A stretch of DNA of 64,000 nucleotides from an uncultured Verrucomicrobiales bacterium (GTDB lineage: Bacteria; Verrucomicrobiota; Verrucomicrobiia; Limisphaerales; UBA1100). Location of the stretch: positions 4,245 through 68,244 of the forward strand of contig CAJWVY010000001.1 in NCBI GenBank assembly GCA_913048135.1, given 5' to 3'. A program made the position numbers and the translations under genes. Below are positions 50,229 to 57,750 of this stretch, piece after piece (the first letter of the stretch is position 1; the number at the start of each line of letters is the position of its first letter). The notes under the pieces were generated by a model that was not told the DNA's origin, ran no database searches, and worked only from the letters and a program-made list of their open reading frames with translations.

Positions 50229-51530
50229 ATGACGCGAACGGTAAATATCGGCCTGATTGGCGCCGGCACAGTGGGTGGCGGCGTGGTTCAGGCCTTGAAA
50301 CGTAATGGGGCTTTGATGGCCTCTCGCTTGGGCGTGCGCCTACGGGTGACGCGAGTGGCCGTGCGCAGTCTCCGGAAGAAACGCGATTTCAAAGTGCCTC
50401 AAAGCGCGCTCACGACTGACTGGCGTGAGGTGGTGAATGATCCCAAGGTGGATCTGGTGGTGGAACTGATTGGCGGCACGACCACGGCCAAGGATGTGGT
50501 GCTAGCTGCTTTGGGGGCTGGCAAGCCGGTGGTGACGGCCAATAAGGCGTTGCTGGCATTTCATGGGGAGAAACTGTTTGCCGCCGCGGAAAAGTCCGGC
50601 GCGAATTTATATTATGAAGCCAGCGTGGCCGGCGGCGTACCGATCATCAAGGTGATCCGCGAAGCGCTTGTGGGCAACCGCGTGACCCACCTCTATGGCA
50701 TTCTGAACGGCACCTGCAATTTCATCCTTACCAAGATGAACGAGGGGATGGAGTTTGATGCGGCGGTGAAGCTCGCCCAGCAACAAGGGTATGCCGAGGC
50801 GGATCCCACGCTTGATGTGGGTGGCCATGATGCAGCGCATAAGGTCGGCATTCTCGCCTCGTTGGCACATGGGTTTTGGGTGAAGCCGAAGCAGGTGTAT
50901 ACCGAGGGCATCGAACAAGTGGCGCCGTTGGATTTGGAATTTGCCGATTCACTGGGGTACGCCATCAAACTCTTGGGGATTGTAAAGACCTCGAAGCCTG
51001 GCCCCGTGCAGGTGAGTATGTATCCGGCTTTGATTCCTGATGACCACGTGCTGGCGAATGTGAGTGATGTGTACAACGGCATTCTCGTGCGCGGGGATGT
51101 GGTGGGTGATACGTTGCATTACGGTCAGGGCGCCGGGCGGGATGCGACTGCCAGTGCCGTGTTGAGCGATATCGGTGACGCGGTATTGGACCTGAAACAT
51201 GGCTCCACCGATCGCTTGAAGGCGTTCATCCCGCATGAGTCCAATGGCGCCGTACGGCCGATTGAGGAAACTACCTCCTGCTATTACTTGCGGCTGTCCG
51301 TCTTGGATCGTCCTGGGGTTTTGGCGAAAGTGTCGGCGGTGTTGGCGAAAAATAAAATCGGAATTTCGTCGGTCATTCAGCCCGAAGGCCACGAAGGCAG
51401 CAGTGTGCCCCTGATCCTGATGCTGCACTACGCCAAGAACGCCGCGATGCAAAAGGCCTTGAAAGAAATCAGAAAACTCAGCGCCGTGAAGGCGAAGCCG
51501 GTGATGATCCGCGTGGAGAATTTCGCATGA
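50229..51530 (+). CDS. hom: Homoserine dehydrogenase
   Basis: The track starts at TTG 50226; ATG 50229 gives MTRTVNIGLIGAGTVGGGV (Rossmann). C-terminal ACT-like YYLRLSVLDRPGVLAKV. Confidence 0.92.
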   Translation: MTRTVNIGLIGAGTVGGGVVQALKRNGALMASRLGVRLRVTRVAVRSLRKKRDFKVPQSALTTDWREVVNDPKVDLVVELIGGTTTAKDVVLAALGAGKPVVTANKALLAFHGEKLFAAAEKSGANLYYEASVAGGVPIIKVIREALVGNRVTHLYGILNGTCNFILTKMNEGMEFDAAVKLAQQQGYAEADPTLDVGGHDAAHKVGILASLAHGFWVKPKQVYTEGIEQVAPLDLEFADSLGYAIKLLGIVKTSKPGPVQVSMYPALIPDDHVLANVSDVYNGILVRGDVVGDTLHYGQGAGRDATASAVLSDIGDAVLDLKHGSTDRLKAFIPHESNGAVRPIEETTSCYYLRLSVLDRPGVLAKVSAVLAKNKIGISSVIQPEGHEGSSVPLILMLHYAKNAAMQKALKEIRKLSAVKAKPVMIRVENFA

Positions 51531-52609
51531 GCATTGGCGTTCAAAATACTTCCGGTTGGCGCGGCGTCATTGACGCGTACCGCGAGCAATTGCCGGTGAG
51601 CGAAGCCACGCCGGTGGTGACGTTGCTGGAAGGAAACACGCCACTGATTCGTGTGCCGAACTTTGTCAAGGCGATCAACGGCGAGTTTGATCTCTACCTC
51701 AAATACGAGGGGCTGAACCCGACCTGCTCCTTTAAGGATCGGGGCATGACGATGGCTGTATCTAAGGCTGCCGAGCGCGGAGCCCAAGTGGTGGTTTGTG
51801 CAAGCACAGGCAATACCTCAGCAGCAGCAGCAGCTTATGCGGCGCGTGCAGGCATGAAGTGTGTGGTGCTGATTCCCGAGGGAAATATCGCCTTGGGTAA
51901 GTTGGCCCAAGCATTGATGTACGGGGCACAGACGCTTCAAATTCAAGGTAACTTTGACCAGGCGCTGGAGATCGTTCGTGAACTTGGTCAGACCGGTGCG
52001 GTAGAGGTGGTGAACAGCATCAATCCTGTTCGTATTGAAGGCCAAAAGACGGCTGCTTTTGAGATTTGTGATGCGCTGGGTGACGCGCCTGATTTTCATT
52101 TTCTACCCGTTGGCAATGCCGGCAATATCACAGCATACTGGAAAGGCTTTCAGCAATACCACGAAGCCGGTCTCAGTGATACTTTGCCTCATATGATGGG
52201 ATTTCAGGCTGCAGGGGCTGCGCCGATTGTAAATGATGCAGTGGTGGAATTTCCTGAGACTGTTGCTAGCGCGATACGCATCGGTAATCCGGCCAGTTGG
52301 AAAGGAGCAAAAGCGGCTGCCCAATTTTCCGGAGGTCTGATTGACAGCGTGACGGATGAAGAAATCTTATCGACCTACAAATTGCTGGCGTCATCGGAAG
52401 GTATTTTTGTAGAGCCTGCTTGTGCGGCGAGTTTAGCGGGAATTGTGAAGATGGTAAAAGCAAGTCGTATCGATTCTGGAAGCATCGTCACAGCGACAAT
52501 GACTGGACATGGCTTGAAAGATCCGGATACCGCCGTGACCAATGCGAATGCGCAAGCAACCTCGGTGGAACCAAACACCGACGCCGTGAAGGCGGCAATC
52601 GGGCTATAA
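51527..52609 (+). CDS. thrC: Threonine synthase
   Basis: PLP-lysine motif NPTCSFKDRGM. 360 aa. ATGA overlap with the hom stop. Confidence 0.92.
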   Translation: MSIGVQNTSGWRGVIDAYREQLPVSEATPVVTLLEGNTPLIRVPNFVKAINGEFDLYLKYEGLNPTCSFKDRGMTMAVSKAAERGAQVVVCASTGNTSAAAAAYAARAGMKCVVLIPEGNIALGKLAQALMYGAQTLQIQGNFDQALEIVRELGQTGAVEVVNSINPVRIEGQKTAAFEICDALGDAPDFHFLPVGNAGNITAYWKGFQQYHEAGLSDTLPHMMGFQAAGAAPIVNDAVVEFPETVASAIRIGNPASWKGAKAAAQFSGGLIDSVTDEEILSTYKLLASSEGIFVEPACAASLAGIVKMVKASRIDSGSIVTATMTGHGLKDPDTAVTNANAQATSVEPNTDAVKAAIGL

Positions 52610-52611
52610 GC

Positions 52612-53838
52612 ATGGCGTTGATCGTCCAGAAATACGGTGGCTCTTCAGTCAAGGACACGGACCGTATCAAGAACGTGGCCAACCGCGTGGCGGAGTATCG
52701 ACGCCAGGGCGATCAGATTGTCGTTGTGGTGTCGGCCATGGGTGGCGTGACCGATAATCTTATCCGTCTGGCCAGTGAGATTAATCAACTGCCTAGCGAA
52801 CGCGAGATGGACATGCTGCTGGCTACCGGCGAGCAAACGACCATTGCGCTGCTGGCCATGGCACTGCATTCACTAGATCTCAAGGCGGTGAGCTTAACCG
52901 GCGCGCAGGCGGGCATCATAACTGATGGCGTGCATACCAAAGCGAAGATAGAAAACATTTCGCCCAATCAGGTACATGCGATGCTTGATGAAGGCAACGT
53001 GGTGATTGTGGCCGGTTTTCAGGGGATGACGCCCGATGGACGCATCACCACACTGGGCCGCGGTGGTTCCGATCTCACGGCCATCGCATTGGCTTCAGCG
53101 TTGGATGCTGACTTGTGCCAGATTTATACGGATGTCGACGGCGTGTACACCACCGACCCACGGGTGGTGGCCAGCGCACGCAAACTGGAGGAAATTTCGT
53201 ATGATGAAATGCTGGAGCTAGCGAGCCTTGGTGCGAAGGTGATGCAAAGCCGTTCGGTGGAGTTCGCCAAAAAGTATAACGTCAAATTTGAAGTTCGCTC
53301 GAGTCTGAACACCAACCCAGGAACTATTGTGAAGGAAGAAACTGCAAGTATGGAGGCCGTCGTGGTACGCGGCGTGTCGCTGGACAAGAATCAAGCGAAG
53401 GTAACGCTTGTGGGCGTACCGGATCAGCCGGGCACGGCCTCGCGCATTTTCAGTGCGTTGGCATCCGGCGCGATCAACGTAGATATGATTGTACAAAATA
53501 TCAGCCACGGCACCGCCACGCCGGCTACCGATATTTCGTTTACCACCGACAAGCCAGACTTGCCCAAGGCGCTGAAGGTGATCGCAGAGCTGCAGAAAGA
53601 AATTGAATTTGGCGAAGTGATTGCCGATGAAGATATCGCCAAGGTGTCCGTGGTAGGCGTGGGCATGCGCAGTCATTCCGGTATTGCGGCACGGGTGTTT
53701 GAGACGCTCGGACAGGGCGGCATCAACATCGAGATGATTTCCACCAGCGAGATTAAAATCTCCGTCGTGGTGGAGGCCGAGAAAGGCGAGGCCGCCACGC
53801 AGCAATTGCACGACTCCTTTTTCCCGACCGGAACCTGA
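52612..53838 (+). CDS. lysC: Aspartate kinase
   Basis: Start set at ATG 52612 (MALIVQKYGGSSV...). Two C-terminal ACT domains (KVTLVGVPDQPGTASRIF; KVSVVGVGMRSHSGIAARVF). Confidence 0.93.
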   Translation: MALIVQKYGGSSVKDTDRIKNVANRVAEYRRQGDQIVVVVSAMGGVTDNLIRLASEINQLPSEREMDMLLATGEQTTIALLAMALHSLDLKAVSLTGAQAGIITDGVHTKAKIENISPNQVHAMLDEGNVVIVAGFQGMTPDGRITTLGRGGSDLTAIALASALDADLCQIYTDVDGVYTTDPRVVASARKLEEISYDEMLELASLGAKVMQSRSVEFAKKYNVKFEVRSSLNTNPGTIVKEETASMEAVVVRGVSLDKNQAKVTLVGVPDQPGTASRIFSALASGAINVDMIVQNISHGTATPATDISFTTDKPDLPKALKVIAELQKEIEFGEVIADEDIAKVSVVGVGMRSHSGIAARVFETLGQGGINIEMISTSEIKISVVVEAEKGEAATQQLHDSFFPTGT

Positions 53839-53843
53839 CGCCT

Positions 53844-54893
53844 ATGAACGGGCCCATCAGCCAGTTCATCGAGCGGCATTATCGTCACTTTAATGCCGCC
53901 ACACTGGTGGAGGCGGCGGAGGCCTACAACGCGCAGTTGGCCGGTGGCGGAAAAATGTTTGTGACGCTCGCAGGCGCGATGAGCACGGCCGAGCTGGGGC
54001 TGTCACTGGCCGAGATGATTCGGCAGGATAAAATCCACGCGGTCACCTGCACGGGCGCGAATCTTGAAGAGGATGTTTTCAACCTAGTGGCGCACGATCA
54101 CTACGAGCGCGTGCCGCATTATCGCGACCTCACGCCGGCCGACGAACAGGCGTTGCTTAATCGTCATCTCAATCGGGTTACCGACACCTGCATTCCCGAA
54201 GAGGAAGCCATGCGCCGCATTGAACACGCCGTGCTGGCACTCTGGCAGGAGGCGCAGACGCAGGGTGAGCGGCATTTCCCGCACGAATACCTGTATCGCC
54301 TGCTCAACGAAGAGCGAGTGAAGGCGCATTACCAGATTGATCCGAGGGAGTCCTGGTTGGTCGCTGCGGCGGAGAAGAATCTGCCGCTTTTTGTGCCCGG
54401 CTGGGAAGACTCCACGCTGGGCAACATGTTCGTGGGGCATTGTTTGGTCGGCGACCTGGATTTTAATGTTGTTCGTTCCGGCACGGAGTACATGGGGGCA
54501 CTGGCCGATTGGTATTTGCAAACCACCATGGGCCAGTCCGTGCGCGAGTGCGCCGAATCGCAGGTCGATACCCAAACCCTGCCCGCCAAGGGCGGCCCTT
54601 GCGAGGCACAGGGAAGCACCGTGGGGTTCTTTCAAATCGGCGGCGGTATCGCGGGCGATTTCCCGATCTGCGTGGTGCCGATGCTCCATCAAGATCTCAG
54701 CTTGGAATGCCCTTGCTGGGCGTACTTCTGCCAGATTAGCGATTCCACGACCAGTTACGGCAGCTATTCCGGCGCCGTGCCCAATGAGAAAATCACTTGG
54801 GGAAAGCTGGAGACTGACACTCCAAAGTTTGTCATTGAAAGCGACGCTACCATCGTTGCTCCGCTCATGTTCGCCCACGTGCTGGGCTGGTAA
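53844..54893 (+). CDS. Deoxyhypusine synthase-like protein
   Basis: HFNAATLVEAAEAY...GGKMFVTLAGAMSTAELG...CTGANLEEDVFNLVAHDHYERV resembles the bacterial DHS-like family (PF01916) as I remember it. Starts 5 nt after the lysC stop. Confidence 0.72.
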   Translation: MNGPISQFIERHYRHFNAATLVEAAEAYNAQLAGGGKMFVTLAGAMSTAELGLSLAEMIRQDKIHAVTCTGANLEEDVFNLVAHDHYERVPHYRDLTPADEQALLNRHLNRVTDTCIPEEEAMRRIEHAVLALWQEAQTQGERHFPHEYLYRLLNEERVKAHYQIDPRESWLVAAAEKNLPLFVPGWEDSTLGNMFVGHCLVGDLDFNVVRSGTEYMGALADWYLQTTMGQSVRECAESQVDTQTLPAKGGPCEAQGSTVGFFQIGGGIAGDFPICVVPMLHQDLSLECPCWAYFCQISDSTTSYGSYSGAVPNEKITWGKLETDTPKFVIESDATIVAPLMFAHVLGW

Positions 54894-55380
54894 ACCACGC
54901 CCACCCCAGCACCGCCAAGGCGATGGCGCTCGGCCAGCGGACGTAATCTGGCGCAAAGATGATCGCGCCATTAATAACCATGAAAAGAAGGAAACCATGC
55001 AGGCCCCAGCTGAGGGCTCGGCGGCGGCGTAGATAACTTTCCTCATCGCTCCAAAGCCAGGTGGCATCAATGATCCAAGCTGCGAGAAACGCGTAGTTAA
55101 ACCAAATGCCGTAGGGGGCTGGCTGGCCGGTGAAGGCGAGGGCGCGTTCGTTGACGCTTTGCACGGCGGCGGCATGGCTCCAGTCATGCGTAAAATGAAA
55201 CGCGGCGATCACGTGCCAGAAATAGAAATCGCATCCAATCGCCCAGATCCAGCGTGTCGCGGGAAAGCGCGTGCTTGCGCTGTGGGTTTGCAGCAGCAGA
55301 AATGCGCCGAGGAAATAACAGGCCATCGCCAGCCAGGCCGTGCCGCGCACCGCCAGGTCAGCAAAATCGGCCGGGGTCAT
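54865..55380 (-). CDS. Hypothetical polytopic membrane protein
   Basis: 171 aa with 4-5 hydrophobic segments rich in Trp/His. Last gene of the minus-strand SDR operon. Its 3' end overlaps the DHS-like gene by 29 nt. Confidence 0.55.
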   Translation of the reverse strand: MTPADFADLAVRGTAWLAMACYFLGAFLLLQTHSASTRFPATRWIWAIGCDFYFWHVIAAFHFTHDWSHAAAVQSVNERALAFTGQPAPYGIWFNYAFLAAWIIDATWLWSDEESYLRRRRALSWGLHGFLLFMVINGAIIFAPDYVRWPSAIALAVLGWAWFTSPARGRT

Positions 55381-55381
55381 G

Positions 55382-55609
55382 TCACAACTCCGTGGAGGTA
55401 TCCGCGCTGGCGTCGCCGCGGCGTTCGAGCTTGATGACGCGTTTCTTGATGACCTCCAGCTGCTTGGTCAGTTCGTAGCTGGCTTCGAACAGGGCTTCCT
55501 GAGTTTCCTGATCGTTGAGATGGGTGATGGTCGGGTTGAGGTCCATCATCTCCAATGCAATGGTCTTGCAGTGGGCCTTGATCTTCTCGCTGGCTTCGGC
55601 GCGGTCCAT
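55382..55609 (-). CDS. Small helical hypothetical protein
   Basis: 75 aa, predicted coiled-coil-like (QLEVIKKRVIKLERR). Packed tightly between the SDR and the membrane protein (gaps of 9 and 1 nt). Confidence 0.5.
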   Translation of the reverse strand: MDRAEASEKIKAHCKTIALEMMDLNPTITHLNDQETQEALFEASYELTKQLEVIKKRVIKLERRGDASADTSTEL

Positions 55610-55618
55610 GGGATGAGT

Positions 55619-56371
55619 TTAATACGTGGCCCGGCCGCCGGAAAGATCGAACACGCCGCCGGTGGTAAATGAGCAATCCTCACTGGCCAACCACGCGACC
55701 AGCGCGCCGGCTTCCTCCACTTCGCCAAAGCGGCCCATGGGGATTTTGCTGAGCATGTAATCAATATGCTGCTGGGTAACCTGTTTGAGAATATCGGTCT
55801 GGATCACGGCGGGGGTAAAGCAGTTCACGCAAATGCCGTCCTGCGCCAGCTCTTTGCCGAGACTCTTGGTAAGGCCGATCACGCCGGCCTTGGCTGCGCT
55901 GTAGGCGCTGGCGTTCGGGTTGCCCTCCTTGCCGGCGATCGAGGCGGTATTAATAATGCGGCCGTACCCGCGCTCGCGCATGTGCGGCACTACGGCGCGG
56001 CAGCAGATGAACACCGCGTTTAGGTCCACATCAATCACCCGGCGAAATTCCTCCACCGGATATTCCCAAGTCTTATAATTGCCGCCCGCAATGCCGGCGT
56101 TGTTGCAGAGAATATCAATGTGCCCGAGGGCGCTGATGGTGCCTTCGGTCGCGGCGGCCACGGCGTCGGCATCGGTGAGCTCGACCGTCTGCGTATCCAC
56201 CGTGCCGTGCTCGGACAAGCCGGCCTTGGCCTCGGCGGCCGCTTCGGGATCCACATCCCACACACTCACGCTGGCACCTGATTGCAGCAGCCGCTGGGCG
56301 ATCGCATAGCCAATCCCGCGCGCGCCACCGGTCACCACAGCATTCCGCCCCGAAAGATCAATCTGATTCAT
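55619..56371 (-). CDS. SDR family oxidoreductase (FabG-like)
   Basis: Start set at ATG 56371 (MNQIDLSGRNAVVTGGARGIGYAIA). NNAG and YSAAK catalytic motifs. Confidence 0.9.
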   Translation of the reverse strand: MNQIDLSGRNAVVTGGARGIGYAIAQRLLQSGASVSVWDVDPEAAAEAKAGLSEHGTVDTQTVELTDADAVAAATEGTISALGHIDILCNNAGIAGGNYKTWEYPVEEFRRVIDVDLNAVFICCRAVVPHMRERGYGRIINTASIAGKEGNPNASAYSAAKAGVIGLTKSLGKELAQDGICVNCFTPAVIQTDILKQVTQQHIDYMLSKIPMGRFGEVEEAGALVAWLASEDCSFTTGGVFDLSGGRATY

Positions 56372-56460
56372 GGGGGGAGGGTACGAGGGGATGACCAATT
56401 GTCCAAGGTCCAATACCTAAATTGCTTGGACATTGGCCATGGGGCATTGAAGATTGCCCC

Positions 56461-56781
56461 ATGCACCACATCGTCTTCGTTACCGCACCGAGCTTGGACG
56501 TGGCCCGCCAACTGGCCGCCGGCATTCTCGAACGTCGTCTGGCCGCCTGCGCCAACCTCGTGCCTGGCGTGGAATCTCATTACTGGTGGGAAGGCAAACT
56601 CTGTCAGGAAACCGAGATCCTGATGATCCTCAAAACCACCGAGGCGCGCTTGGCCGAGTTGGAAAATCATGTGCTGGAAGCCCATCCGTATGACACCCCA
56701 GAATTTGTCGCCTGGCCCCTCGCCACTGGCAGCGCGCGCTACCTCGAATGGCTCACCGCCAACACCGCTGACAGTGAATGA
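56461..56781 (+). CDS. cutA: Divalent-cation tolerance protein CutA
   Basis: Start set at ATG 56461. ACANLVPGVESHYWWEGKL...HPYDTPEF signature. Confidence 0.88.
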   Translation: MHHIVFVTAPSLDVARQLAAGILERRLAACANLVPGVESHYWWEGKLCQETEILMILKTTEARLAELENHVLEAHPYDTPEFVAWPLATGSARYLEWLTANTADSE

Positions 56782-56824
56782 GCCGCCCTTGACATCCGTC
56801 TCACCCCTACTAAATTCGCGGCGT

Positions 56825-57739
56825 ATGAGAGGGACTTTGTTCATGTTGGGAAGCCTGCTGTTGGCGCCGGTATTATGGGCGCAGCCAGCCACCGCCAACG
56901 CCATCAAAGCCGTGGTGGGTGGCCAGATCATCATCACTCAATGGGACGTCAATCGGGAAGCCCGGCTGACGCGTCTCGATCCGGCCTTGGCGCAAAAGAA
57001 ACTGGAGCAGGACGCGCTCTTAGTTATGAATATCAAGAGCCAAAAAAATTACGTAGAACCGGCCGGTCTGGGTGAATTGCTGCTGCGCAATGAAATCAAG
57101 AACCGCTATGATAACAGTCGCAATCAAATGATCGCCGACCTGCGCGTTCAGGGTAAAACTGTCCAGCAACGCGAGTCGGAGCTGGTCGATGACTGGATTT
57201 TACGCCAGGCCGAACGCACCGTGCGCCAAGCGGTGCAGGTATCGCCGGCGGCCATCAAGCAGTACTACGTCGAACATCCGGACCTCAACAACAAGGGCCT
57301 CACCGTGGACCTCTACGCCATTCGTATTCCGCGGACCGAAGACGGCATGACGATTGCCAAGGCGCAGGAATTGAAGAACGGCATTCAGTCGCTGGACGAT
57401 TTCAAGAAACTCGCCGACGAACGCAGCGTGCCGCGCGGCGGGCATCGCGGGTTGTTGCACAAGGATGATCAACGCGAGTTCAGCGACGAAATTGCTGCGG
57501 AGGTTTTTCTGATGGAGGAGAAGGAAACGGCGCTTGCCTTTGACGACCAAGCCTACTACCTCCTGCACGTGGCCCAGCAATGGAACAAATATGAGATCCC
57601 GATCGATCAGGTGAATGAACTGATTGAGGCGCGTTTGGGGCAGGAAATATTTGAGCACCAAATGGAACGTAAACTCAATCGTTTGCGCCGTGAGATTCAC
57701 GTCTATTATCCGCGTGGCTCGTTCATGATTGAAAACTAA
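56825..57739 (+). CDS. Exported SurA/PrsA-like chaperone (degenerate parvulin PPIase layout)
   Basis: Start set at ATG 56825 (MRGTLFMLGSLLLAPVLWA signal peptide). SurA-N-like AIKAVVGGQIIITQWDV. Central ...FKKLADERS...GG.RGLL... resembles a parvulin domain. Confidence 0.55.
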   Translation: MRGTLFMLGSLLLAPVLWAQPATANAIKAVVGGQIIITQWDVNREARLTRLDPALAQKKLEQDALLVMNIKSQKNYVEPAGLGELLLRNEIKNRYDNSRNQMIADLRVQGKTVQQRESELVDDWILRQAERTVRQAVQVSPAAIKQYYVEHPDLNNKGLTVDLYAIRIPRTEDGMTIAKAQELKNGIQSLDDFKKLADERSVPRGGHRGLLHKDDQREFSDEIAAEVFLMEEKETALAFDDQAYYLLHVAQQWNKYEIPIDQVNELIEARLGQEIFEHQMERKLNRLRREIHVYYPRGSFMIEN

Positions 57740-57750
57740 CTGGCGCGTCA

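Noticed and set aside
54084-55187. 367-aa minus-strand ORF opposite the DHS-like gene
   Set aside because: The plus-strand frame has strong family-like motifs. The minus ORF is low-complexity (Ala/Gly/Pro/Arg), runs through the convergent gene junction, and shows no start context.
56669-56824. Upstream extension of the SurA-like ORF overlapping cutA by >100 nt
   Set aside because: The signal peptide begins at ATG 56825, just after the cutA stop region. The extension is Pro/Ser-rich and overlaps conserved cutA codons.
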